From: Candidatus Poribacteria bacterium
GTDB taxonomy: Bacteria; Poribacteria; WGA-4E; WGA-3G
Assembly (NCBI GenBank): GCA_022820835.1
Contig: JAJEET010000123.1
Coordinates: forward strand, 3,608-67,607
Length of the DNA: 64,000 nt
Direction of reading: 5' to 3'
The translations under genes were made by a program, and so were the position numbers. Shown in pieces: positions 8,903 to 17,492 of the stretch (position 1 is the first letter of the stretch; the number at the start of each line of letters is the position of its first letter). The notes beneath the pieces are model-generated. The model was not told the origin of the DNA and made no database searches. It saw nothing but the letters and a program-made list of their open reading frames with translations.

Positions 8903-9940
8903 TTACAATTTTTCTCGAAGTGAATCCATCAACCCATCAGGCGGCTCAAATGGCAGATCAATGATTTGGTTCGTTATCCCGCTGTAGTAAAGACCTAACA
9001 GCAGGTTGAACTCCGCAAGCGATTGCTTGAGATGCGTCGGATGCACGTTGTTCTCATCATCCAGCCAATCAAAGACCGCCTCAGTGAGATTGCCTTGTGC
9101 AGCAATATCTTGTTCGCCATAGTTCAGCGGTCCGCCTTCGTAGCCGCCTTCTGGTGTTGCACGTTCCCAACTGCTGAAACGCCAGTGGACGAAACCTTTC
9201 GTACCTACAACAAAGACACGTTTATGTGCAACAGTACTCCCACTGTCAGACGCTAAAGTCCCCATGCCAGTGCCAAAAGCCAGAGAGACATGTAGACCGT
9301 TCTCATATATAGCTTGTCCAGCGGCATGCATCGGAGATGGCTGCGCAGAGTCTAACTGCTCCCGCCCAGCGATTTGACCTAACACGCGTACCGGACGCGA
9401 GTTGTCAATATAGGAGGATACCAACTGCAGCACATGTGGTGCCTGATCGACCGGTGTGCTGCGCGCACTTGCATCAATGAACTTAATCTCACCGATTCTG
9501 CCTTCTGCAACATCCCGTTTCAATTCCAGATTTTGGGGATGGAAGTTAAGTTGTGTATTAACAACGAACTTCGTTTTTGTCTCTTCCGCTAACTCGGCAA
9601 TTTGTTTCCAATCTTCGCTTTCAACGGCAATCGGTTTTTCGACAATCGCCGCTGGCACACCCGCATCGGAGGCCTGCTTCATCAGTGGATAACGGATGCG
9701 TTCACTTGTCCCACGCAGCACAGGTGCTGTGACGATGTGAAGGACATCCGGCTTCTCTTTCTCAAGCATCTCATCCAGGTCGGTGTAACGTGAGGAAACG
9801 TCGAAGTCGTCTCCAAATTTGTTGAGTAATTCTTCGTTCATATCACAAATTGCACCGATTTTGCCGCGTTTGACGAAACGGTAGGCACTTGCATGGGCGC
9901 GAGCACGACCGCCACACCCTAAAAACGCAGTTTTATACAT
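8903..9940 (-). CDS. Gfo/Idh/MocA family oxidoreductase, tandem paralog 2
   Basis: 345 aa with an ATG start preceded by AAGGAGA. It is near-identical to paralog 1 except for a short loop near residues 224-239. Confidence 0.9.
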   Translation of the reverse strand: MYKTAFLGCGGRARAHASAYRFVKRGKIGAICDMNEELLNKFGDDFDVSSRYTDLDEMLEKEKPDVLHIVTAPVLRGTSERIRYPLMKQASDAGVPAAIVEKPIAVESEDWKQIAELAEETKTKFVVNTQLNFHPQNLELKRDVAEGRIGEIKFIDASARSTPVDQAPHVLQLVSSYIDNSRPVRVLGQIAGREQLDSAQPSPMHAAGQAIYENGLHVSLAFGTGMGTLASDSGSTVAHKRVFVVGTKGFVHWRFSSWERATPEGGYEGGPLNYGEQDIAAQGNLTEAVFDWLDDENNVHPTHLKQSLAEFNLLLGLYYSGITNQIIDLPFEPPDGLMDSLREKL

Positions 9941-9963
9941 AAAAATATCTCCTTACAATATTA

Positions 9964-10058
9964 TTAGGATTTACGCGTTGTTTTATCAAATCTCACGTAA
10001 AACGCACCGCGTGCGGGGTTTGAAACTCCGCACGCAACGAGGACTGCGTAAGCCCTGA
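9964..10058. repeat. MITE-like element with GGAYTTACGC terminal inverted repeats and a GC-rich hairpin (copy A)
   Basis: The TIRs are aggatttacgcg (9966..9977) and gcgtaagccct (10046..10056). The core hairpin is gcgtgcgggg-tttgaaa-ctccgcacgc (10009..10035). It sits between paralog 3 stop and paralog 2 start. Confidence 0.7.
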
Positions 10059-10118
10059 CTATTTCCAATATCAAGCCGAAATGGATTAGATACTAAGAAA
10101 AAAATACAAGTCAACTTT

Positions 10119-11162
10119 TTACAGATTCTCTCGGAGTAAATCGATCAAGCCATCAGGCGGTTCAAACGGGAGATCTATCATCTCATTTGTTACACCGCTG
10201 TAATAAATTCCTAAAAGTAGGTTGAACTCTGCAAGGGACTGCTTGAGATGTGTCGGATGCTGCTTGCTCTCATCATCGAGCCAGTCGAAAACAGCTTCGG
10301 TGAGGTTGCCCTGTGCAATGACATCCTGCTCACCGTAGTCAAGCGGACCGCTTTCGTAGCCACCCTCTGGCGTTGCGCGTTCCCAACTGCTAAACCGCCA
10401 GTGCACAAACCCTTTCGTGCCAACAACAAAAACACGTTTATGTGTATGATTGCCGGCATCCGGTTCTTTAGGCACTTTCTGCCCTAAGCCCGTCCCGAAG
10501 GCGAGAGAGACGTGAAGACCGTTGGCATATAAAGCTTGAGCGGCAGCATGCATAGGGGAAGGCTGAGTGGAATCCAGATCCTGACCCCCAGAAACCTGTC
10601 CGAGCACCCGCACCGGACGCGAGTTGTCAATGTAGGAAGAGACGAGTTGCAACACGTGGGGCGCCTGGTCTACAGGCGTACTCCGCGCACTCGCATCGAT
10701 AAATTTGATCTCACCGATTCTGCCCTCTGCGACATCTCGTTTCAGTTCCAAGTTTTTTGGGTGGAAATTGAGTTGTGTGTTAACAACAAACTTCGTTTTC
10801 GTCTCTTCTGCTAATCCGGCAAGCTGCTTCCAGTCTTCGCTTTCAACGGCAATCGGTTTTTCGACAATCGCCGCCGGCACACCGGCATCGGATGCCTGTT
10901 TCATCAATGGATAGCGAATCCGTTGGCTGGTCCCGCGTAGAACTGGGGCAGTAACAATATGAAGAACATCCGGTTTCTCTTTTTCAAGCATCTCATCAAG
11001 ATCGGTATAGCGTGAGGAAACCCCAAAGTCGTCTCCGAAACTGTTGAGTAGTTCTTCGTTCATATCGCAGATCGCACCGATCTTGCCGCGTTTAACGAAA
11101 CGGTAAGCATCTGCATGCGCACGGGCGCGTCCACCGCACCCTAAAAATGCAGTTTTGTACAC
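10119..11162 (-). CDS. Gfo/Idh/MocA family oxidoreductase, tandem paralog 3
   Basis: I moved the start to the GTG at 11162. The context ggagacatttctGTG is identical to that of paralog 1, and the longer track ORF is upstream read-through. This copy has a 3-aa longer variable loop (GLGQKVPKEPDAGNHTH). Confidence 0.85.
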   Translation of the reverse strand: MYKTAFLGCGGRARAHADAYRFVKRGKIGAICDMNEELLNSFGDDFGVSSRYTDLDEMLEKEKPDVLHIVTAPVLRGTSQRIRYPLMKQASDAGVPAAIVEKPIAVESEDWKQLAGLAEETKTKFVVNTQLNFHPKNLELKRDVAEGRIGEIKFIDASARSTPVDQAPHVLQLVSSYIDNSRPVRVLGQVSGGQDLDSTQPSPMHAAAQALYANGLHVSLAFGTGLGQKVPKEPDAGNHTHKRVFVVGTKGFVHWRFSSWERATPEGGYESGPLDYGEQDVIAQGNLTEAVFDWLDDESKQHPTHLKQSLAEFNLLLGIYYSGVTNEMIDLPFEPPDGLIDLLRENL

Positions 11163-11355
11163 AGAAATGTCTCCTTTAATACTTTGATTATATTGACATA
11201 CTCCCACAACTAAAGCAGTGGGATTCTCTAAGAATCCGTTGCTTTTCTGTGTAGATCGTGGGTTTCCGACCTCGGTTGAAGTCTACGAAGGTCGCTTGCG
11301 ATAGCAAGTCTAACACCCTCTAATCCAAAGGTTGATGTCCCAACCTTTAAACGGT

Positions 11356-11793
11356 TCACTCACCATTTTCTTTTAATGCCTGTGTGAAATCATCTGCTGT
11401 TTCCACCCGCATCGCAGTGCGAAAGAGCTGCTTAAGACGCTGCAAATCATTAATCGTCTCCAAATCGGATTTAAAAGTTTCAGCGATTTCAGGCTGTAAT
11501 TGAAAGGCGAGTGCCTCAAGGATATTCTCACGAATAGTTTTTTGAGCCCCTTGTTGGATTCCTTGTTGGATTCCTTGTTCATGTGCTTCTGGTGCTAAGT
11601 ATTCAGCGATGGAAGATTGTTGCATGGTTTCCTCCGAAATGATCTCTAAAATCGTTTGTGCGTCATAAACTAAGTTTCCCAAAACTACAAGACTCCCAAG
11701 ATATTCCGGCTTGTTCGGAACGTCAATACTGTCCGCAGTTTGGACACAACGGCGAAGCCACTGTTTCGCGTTAGACGAGAATTTCGCCTGCCG
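11356..11793 (-). pseudogene. C-terminal remnant of an Rpn/DUF4351-type (PD-(D/E)XK nuclease family transposase-like) gene
   Basis: The frame is open from the stop at 11794..11796. It reads ..AKQWLRRCVQ..LVVLGNLVYDAQTILEIISEETMQQSSIAEYL..HEQGIQQGIQQGAQKTIRENILEAL..LQRLKQLF, the QQG-repeat plus helical tail typical of DUF4351 ends. The N-terminal nuclease part is absent. Confidence 0.5.
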
Positions 11794-11807
11794 CTATGCC
11801 TATAAGT

Positions 11808-12845
11808 TTACAACTTCTCCCGGAGCAAGTCCATTAATCCATCAGGCGGTTCAAACGGGAGGTCAATAATCTGGTTCGTTATCCCACTATAATAAAGCCC
11901 TAAGAGAAGATTAAACTCCGCGAGCGACTGCTTGAGATGTGTCGGATGCACGTTGTTCTCATCATCTAACCAATCAAAAACGGCTTCGGTGAGGTTCACC
12001 TGCGCAACGCTATTTTGCTCGCCGTAGTTCAGTGGGCCGCCCTCGTAGCCACCTTCTGGCGTTGCGCGCTCCCAACTGCTAAACCGCCAATGCACGAAAC
12101 CTTCCGTACCAACGACAAAGACACGTTTGTGACCGTAGATACCCGGGTTATCGGAGGCAGTTGTCCCCATACCTGTCCCGAACGCGACAGAGACGTGGAG
12201 ACCATTCTCATACAAAATTTGTCCAGCGGCATGCATCGGAGACGGCTGATCTGAATCTAAATGATCTCTTCCAGCGATTTGTCCAAGCACTCGCACTGGA
12301 CGCGCGTTGTCAATGTATGAAGACACTAATTGGAGCACATGCGGACCCTGGTCGACTGGCGTGCTACGCGCACTCGCATCAATGAATTTAATCTCGCCAA
12401 TCCGTCCTTCGGCGACATCTTTCTTTAACTCCAGATTTTTCGGGTGAAAGTTGAGTTGTGTATTAATGGCGAACTTCGTTTTCGTCTCTTCTGCTAACCC
12501 TGCAATCTGCTTCCAATCTTCACTTTCCACAGCAATCGGTTTCTCAATAATCACAGCGGGCACACCCGCGTCAGATGCCTGTTTCATCAGTGGATAGCGG
12601 ATGCGTTCACTTGTCCCGCGCAACACGGGTGCTGTGACGATATGTAGGACATCCGGTTTCTCCTTCTCAAGCATCGCGTCTAAATCGGTGTAGCGTGAAG
12701 ATATATCGAATTCGTCCCCGAATTCGCTGAGCCGTTCCTCGTTCATATCGCAGATAGCGGCGAGTTTACCGCCTTTGGTGGACTGGTAAGCATTTGCGTG
12801 TGCACGGGCGCGCCCCCTGCACCCTAATATCGCGGTTTTATACAT
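11808..12845 (-). CDS. Gfo/Idh/MocA family oxidoreductase, tandem paralog 4
   Basis: The start is at Met45 of the track ORF (ATG 12845, RBS GAAGGAGAAA). The upstream 44 codons of the track ORF run through the TIR element. 345 aa. Confidence 0.9.
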   Translation of the reverse strand: MYKTAILGCRGRARAHANAYQSTKGGKLAAICDMNEERLSEFGDEFDISSRYTDLDAMLEKEKPDVLHIVTAPVLRGTSERIRYPLMKQASDAGVPAVIIEKPIAVESEDWKQIAGLAEETKTKFAINTQLNFHPKNLELKKDVAEGRIGEIKFIDASARSTPVDQGPHVLQLVSSYIDNARPVRVLGQIAGRDHLDSDQPSPMHAAGQILYENGLHVSVAFGTGMGTTASDNPGIYGHKRVFVVGTEGFVHWRFSSWERATPEGGYEGGPLNYGEQNSVAQVNLTEAVFDWLDDENNVHPTHLKQSLAEFNLLLGLYYSGITNQIIDLPFEPPDGLMDLLREKL

Positions 12846-12867
12846 AAAGATTTCTCCTTCAATACTA

Positions 12868-12961
12868 TTAGGACTTACGCGTCTTTTATCAAATCCCACA
12901 TAAAACGCACCGCAGGCGGGGTTTGAAACCCCGCCTGCAACGGGGACTGCGTAAGTCCTAA
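12868..12961. repeat. MITE-like element with GGACTTACGC terminal inverted repeats and a GC-rich hairpin (copy B)
   Basis: The TIRs are ttaggacttacgcg (12868..12881) and gcgtaagtccta (12949..12960). The hairpin is a perfect 10-bp stem, gcaggcgggg-tttgaaa-ccccgcctgc (12912..12938). Its position is the same as copy A, between paralog 5 stop and paralog 4 start. Confidence 0.75.
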
Positions 12962-13021
12962 CTATTTCCAATATCAAGCCAAATGGTTAGATGTCCACAA
13001 AAGAAAATACAAGTTAACTTT

Positions 13022-14065
13022 TTATAATTTTTCTCGGAGTAAACCCATCAACCCATCCGGCGGTTCAAATGGAAGATCAACAATCTCGTTTGTGAGCCCA
13101 CTATAGTACATCCCAAGAATAATGTTAAATTCTATAAGCGATTGCTTGAGATGCGTCGGATGCACAGTACTCTCATCGTCTAACCAATCAAAAATGGCTT
13201 CGGTGAAGTTTGCCTGCGCGACAACATCCTGCTCGCCATAATTGAGTGGACCGCTCTCATAGCCACCGTCCAATGTTGAACGTTCCCAACTGCTGAAACG
13301 CCAATGTACGAAGCCTTTCGTCCCAGCAACAAAGACCCGTTTATGATCGTAGACACCTTGGGTATCGGATGCCTTTTGTGCCATCTCTGTTCCGAAAGCA
13401 AGAGAAACGTGGACACCGTTCTCATGCAGAACATGCCCGACTGCATGCGGTGGACCGGGGTGTCCAGGGGCAGACTTTAAATTCTGCCTTCCAGAGATTT
13501 GCCCAAGAACCCGTACCGGAGGTGAGTTGTCAATGTAAGACGACACCAGTTGTAGCACATGTCCGCCTTGTTCGACGGGTCTACTACGCGCACTCGCATC
13601 AATAAACCGAATCTCGCCGATGCGTCCTTCGGCGACATCTTTTTTTAGTTCCAAATTCTTCGGATGGAAATCGAGCTGTGTATTGACGACAAATTTTGTT
13701 TTCGTCTCTGCTGCTAACTCCGCAATCTGTTTCCAATCTTCACCTTCAACAGCGACTGGTTTTTCAATAATCGCCGCTGGAACACCGTGGTCGGATGCCT
13801 GTTTCATCAACGGATAACGGAGACGTTCCTCGCTACTCGGCACCACAGGTGTTGTGACGATGTGAAGCACATCCGGTCTCTCTTTCTCGAGCATCTCATC
13901 CAAGTCGGTGTAGCGTGATGAGATACCGAAATCATCCCCGAAGTTATTGAGGCGTTCTTCGTTCATATCGCAGATTGCGGCGAGTGTCCCGCGTTTAACG
14001 AAGCGATACGCATCTGCATGCCCACGGGCGCGCCCACCGCATCCCAACATCGCAGTTTTATACAT
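13022..14065 (-). CDS. Gfo/Idh/MocA family oxidoreductase, tandem paralog 5 (most divergent of the five)
   Basis: The start is at Met7 of the track ORF (ATG 14065, RBS GAGGAGA). It has the same GCGGRARGH and EKP motifs. 347 aa. Confidence 0.9.
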   Translation of the reverse strand: MYKTAMLGCGGRARGHADAYRFVKRGTLAAICDMNEERLNNFGDDFGISSRYTDLDEMLEKERPDVLHIVTTPVVPSSEERLRYPLMKQASDHGVPAAIIEKPVAVEGEDWKQIAELAAETKTKFVVNTQLDFHPKNLELKKDVAEGRIGEIRFIDASARSRPVEQGGHVLQLVSSYIDNSPPVRVLGQISGRQNLKSAPGHPGPPHAVGHVLHENGVHVSLAFGTEMAQKASDTQGVYDHKRVFVAGTKGFVHWRFSSWERSTLDGGYESGPLNYGEQDVVAQANFTEAIFDWLDDESTVHPTHLKQSLIEFNIILGMYYSGLTNEIVDLPFEPPDGLMGLLREKL

Positions 14066-14182
14066 AAACTGTCTCCTCGACATCCTTGATGTGAAAAATC
14101 AAAACCACATTAATAAAAAATGACAGATTGTATAGGTTAACAGCGGAAACTGATTTTGTCAAGCATTACTTCGGGATCGCTC

Positions 14183-15223
14183 CTACGAAGAGATGTCGAC
14201 TTTCTCGCCGCTCTTCGCGCTGTCGTAAAGCGCATCCAAAATCTGCATGAAAACATAAGCATCTGGAGCAGAGACATCCGGTGCCACTTCGCCTGCTATC
14301 GCCATGCCGAAATGATTCAGTTCATAGTAGAAAACAGGCACTTCTGCAGGGAGTTCACCGTGGTCAATCTCCGTCGGTTCATCAATCGCTTCTCGGATAA
14401 ATTCGCCATCTTTAAATCGCGCAATACCACCGTTTGTGATTGAACCGGTTGTCCCGTACAGTTCTACGACGCTCGCGGAATCCGAATGACTCATCCGAGA
14501 GCAGTCAATCTGAATCGTTTTCCCGCCTTCGCACCCGAGGAGACCGGTGAAGTAGTCCTCCGCTGCGCCTTCGGGTCCGTCATATTGCGGATACAGCACA
14601 TGCTTCGCAGCAAATGCCCACTCCGGCTTCGGAGACCCCATCCACCACCACATAAGGTTGAGCTCGTGCGAGTAGTGTTGCCCTAACGAACCGCCTTTTT
14701 GCCCGTAGACATGCAACCAACGACTGTTCTCATCAAAGTCTGGGATAAAGTTGTATTTTCCGAAAGCGCGAGCGTGATATAGGTCACCGATTGCACCGTT
14801 CAGAACAGCGCGCCGAATCTTTCGATTGTTCGGGAAATGACGCATAAAATAGCAAAATTGAAGGGTCTTGCCAGATTGTTGTGCCGCTGCCTCCATTTCT
14901 AAAATTTCAGGCGCGCGGATGGCGTGCGGTTTTTGTACCAAGACATGCTTATTAGCACTGAGCGCGTCCAAGACTTGCTGCAATCTACCATCGGGAGAAG
15001 TCGCGAGGTAAACGGCTTCAACAGCAGGATTGTCCAGGAGCTCGTGATAGTCGGCGTATCGGTGTGGCACAGCATTGTCATCTCCCGCTTGTTCACGACG
15101 GGTTGCGTCACGCTCTGCAATCGCGATAACGTTGAGTCGCGAGGTCGCATTCGCAGCTTCGATGGCACGGCAGCCTGCCCATCCACACCCAACGACTCCG
15201 AGTCGAATGATTTGATTCGTCAT
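14183..15223 (-). CDS. Gfo/Idh/MocA family oxidoreductase (distinct subfamily)
   Basis: The start is at Met7 (ATG 15223), with GGAGG 8 nt upstream. It has IRLGVVGCGWAG and a variant LVQKPHA at the position of the family EKP motif. Confidence 0.85.
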   Translation of the reverse strand: MTNQIIRLGVVGCGWAGCRAIEAANATSRLNVIAIAERDATRREQAGDDNAVPHRYADYHELLDNPAVEAVYLATSPDGRLQQVLDALSANKHVLVQKPHAIRAPEILEMEAAAQQSGKTLQFCYFMRHFPNNRKIRRAVLNGAIGDLYHARAFGKYNFIPDFDENSRWLHVYGQKGGSLGQHYSHELNLMWWWMGSPKPEWAFAAKHVLYPQYDGPEGAAEDYFTGLLGCEGGKTIQIDCSRMSHSDSASVVELYGTTGSITNGGIARFKDGEFIREAIDEPTEIDHGELPAEVPVFYYELNHFGMAIAGEVAPDVSAPDAYVFMQILDALYDSAKSGEKVDISS

Positions 15224-15270
15224 AAGTGTTGCCTCCGGCACTCCTATAGAAAAGTGTAAAGAAATGTTAT

Positions 15271-16041
15271 TTAAAACATATTCGGTAATTCTGCAACGCT
15301 ATTGATCACCCATGTCGGCTTCGCGACAGGGTTTTCCAACTGATTGGGTTTAAACTTTCCAGTCTTAACCAAGATACTCCGCATTCCCGTTCCCTGCGCC
15401 CCAACGATGTCGGAAGTGATGTCGTCTCCTATCACAACAGCTTCACTTGGAGAGCATTGAAGACTTTCAAGCGCGATTTTGAACAACGTCTCACTCGGTT
15501 TGCCCATGACTTTAGCGGTTTTACCTGTAGCTGCCTCTAATAGTGTCACGAACGCGCCACAATCCAAGAACATGCCTTTTGAAGAGAACCAATAGAGGTT
15601 TTTCTGCAAGGCTATCAGTTCAGCACCATTCATCAACAGGCGAAAGGCGTGATTTAAAGCGTGAAAATCAAACCCCTCGCCGTAGTCTCCGACGACGACA
15701 AAATCAGGAGCCTCGTCATCTACCGGTATCTCCTTGAAGAACGCTTTGACAGCATCATCAACCATGAAGTGGCAACGGTTCTTCGGTTGCGAACGTAGGT
15801 ATTGGAGGCAGGCGTAAGTTGCGTTGAAAATTTCGTCCTCGTAGATATCAAAACCGAGTGTCTGCATCTGCGCGTGAAGCATCTTTGGTGTTTTGGCAGT
15901 CGTGTTTGTCAAAAACCGGAGTTGATACTTTTTTTGCCGTAGATAGTTGACGGTCTCAATTGCGCCGGGATAAGGTTCACCTTTAAAGTAGAGCGTCCCA
16001 TCCAAGTCGATTAAGAAAGCCTTAGGCGATGTTGGTGCCAT
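15271..16041 (-). CDS. HAD-IIA family hydrolase (NagD/LHPP-like phosphatase)
   Basis: It has the FLIDLDGTLY nucleophile motif, LTNTT, and a GDD..SDI motif. Confidence 0.8.
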   Translation of the reverse strand: MAPTSPKAFLIDLDGTLYFKGEPYPGAIETVNYLRQKKYQLRFLTNTTAKTPKMLHAQMQTLGFDIYEDEIFNATYACLQYLRSQPKNRCHFMVDDAVKAFFKEIPVDDEAPDFVVVGDYGEGFDFHALNHAFRLLMNGAELIALQKNLYWFSSKGMFLDCGAFVTLLEAATGKTAKVMGKPSETLFKIALESLQCSPSEAVVIGDDITSDIVGAQGTGMRSILVKTGKFKPNQLENPVAKPTWVINSVAELPNMF

Positions 16042-16064
16042 CTTTTGCTATTTTCCTCAGTGCC

Positions 16065-17243
16065 CTACGGTTCCACAACTTTATAGTGTTCAACCTGCCC
16101 GTTTTGGATCACTTGAATTGCGAGGCTTTTGACAGGATGTCGATTTTCATCGTAATGTGAAATGGTTGTCGCGCCTTTATAATCACTAACTGCAGCGAAG
16201 GCATCGCGAACTGCAACGCTGTCAAGCGAACCTGCTGTCTCTATTGCGCGTGCCAAGAGTCGCATCGCATCGTAGCCCGAAGCGGCGATTCCATCTGGCG
16301 GACTTCCGAAGAGCGCGGTGTAACCGCTCACGAATTCCTGCACATCCGCATCCTGTGTCGCAACCGAGAAATTGGTTGGATAGTAGCTGCCATCTAACAC
16401 ACTGTTATCGTCTAAGATGCTGAGAAATCGTTCTCTGTCATCCCACGCACTCCCCCCGAGAAAAGGCACTGTGATGCCGACTTGACGGGCTGCGTTAATG
16501 AAGCGTGGGACCTCTGGCTGATGACCGGGACAGAAGATAACATCAGGCATTGCCTCATGAATTTCTGTGAGCTGTGCAGTAAAAGTAGTATCACCAGCAG
16601 AATAGGCACCGCTGTGAACGATTTGACCACCGATTTCCTGAAAAGCTGCTTCAAAGGCCTGTACGAGATCAATGGAGTAGTCGTCGCCTTCCTCATAAAT
16701 TGTCGCAGCCGTTGTGGCACCAAGTTCGTCAGGGCTCATAGCGAAACTTGCCATCACTTTCGCTTGAAACGGGTTGGGGACCGTGATGAGAAAAATATAA
16801 TCTCCGGCTTCAGGGACGGTTGAACCACTGGCACCGGGAAGCATGAGTCGTTGTGCTTGCTGCGCAATCGGACCGACCGCAATGGCCATGGATGAACGAA
16901 CGGGACCCAAGAGTGCAAAGACGTTTTCCATCTCGATGAGGTCTTTTGCGGCACTAATGCTTGCTTCTGGTGTTGGGAGTTCACCCATCACAGGTTCGTT
17001 ATTTCGGGTAATAAACTCGACCTGCATACCGAGCACGCCTCCATTATCATTAATTTGGGCACGCGCCGTTTCGGCACCTTGACTAAAAGTCGTATAACTG
17101 TGAGACGGCTGAATCACACCAATTTTTAATGTTGTTTCTGTCGGCGGAGTCGTGTCTGTTTGGATCAACTGACCTGCTCGTTCGCATCCTGTTAGTATGG
17201 TAAGTAGAACAATTGAAATTAAAGCACATATCTTCACATTCAT
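16065..17243 (-). CDS. ABC transporter substrate-binding lipoprotein, type-1 PBP (Leu/Ile/Val-binding-like)
   Basis: The start is at Met32 of the track ORF (ATG 17243, RBS AAGGAGAA), giving the lipoprotein signal MNVKICALISIVLLTILTGC. The stretch KIGVIQP..GAETARAQINDNGGVLG is typical of Peripla_BP_6. Confidence 0.8.
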   Translation of the reverse strand: MNVKICALISIVLLTILTGCERAGQLIQTDTTPPTETTLKIGVIQPSHSYTTFSQGAETARAQINDNGGVLGMQVEFITRNNEPVMGELPTPEASISAAKDLIEMENVFALLGPVRSSMAIAVGPIAQQAQRLMLPGASGSTVPEAGDYIFLITVPNPFQAKVMASFAMSPDELGATTAATIYEEGDDYSIDLVQAFEAAFQEIGGQIVHSGAYSAGDTTFTAQLTEIHEAMPDVIFCPGHQPEVPRFINAARQVGITVPFLGGSAWDDRERFLSILDDNSVLDGSYYPTNFSVATQDADVQEFVSGYTALFGSPPDGIAASGYDAMRLLARAIETAGSLDSVAVRDAFAAVSDYKGATTISHYDENRHPVKSLAIQVIQNGQVEHYKVVEP

Positions 17244-17492
17244 AATGCAGATTTTCTCCTTTAAAAATGCTTGAAAAATATTTGGGTTTATGGTAACTTT
17301 TATCCAATACCCAAAGCTTCGTAGAAACAGTAACACATCCGACCGATTTTGTCAAGTTTCTAAAATACACCGTTAATTTACCGATTCCCCAACAACATAT
17401 CGTGCGCAACGGACTTAAATCATACCATAGATGGTAAAATACGGAGCACATCCAATAGCCTAAAAATTCGGAATCCACAAAGGAGCTTGCTT

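Noticed and set aside
11163-11355. Cluster of small hairpins (ggattc..gaatcc, cttgc..gcaag, aaaggttg..caaccttt) upstream of paralog 3, as a possible tRNA-like or ncRNA gene.
   Set aside because: I could find no cloverleaf, T-loop or anticodon arrangement, and no similarity to the other repeat families. A feature cannot be supported without a covariance search.
12846-12977. N-terminal extensions of track ORFs (11808..12977, 10119..11207, 13022..14083, 16065..17336, 3588..4448, 36552..37760).
   Set aside because: The extensions run through repeat elements or neighbouring genes. All paralogs share an internal start with a good RBS (MYKTA.. context), so the shorter starts are better supported.
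7829-14065. Diversity-generating retroelement or other targeted hypermutation as the source of the hypervariable loop.
   Set aside because: There is no reverse transcriptase and no template repeat in the window. The loop variants differ by indels and non-adenine-specific changes. Ordinary paralog divergence explains the pattern more simply.
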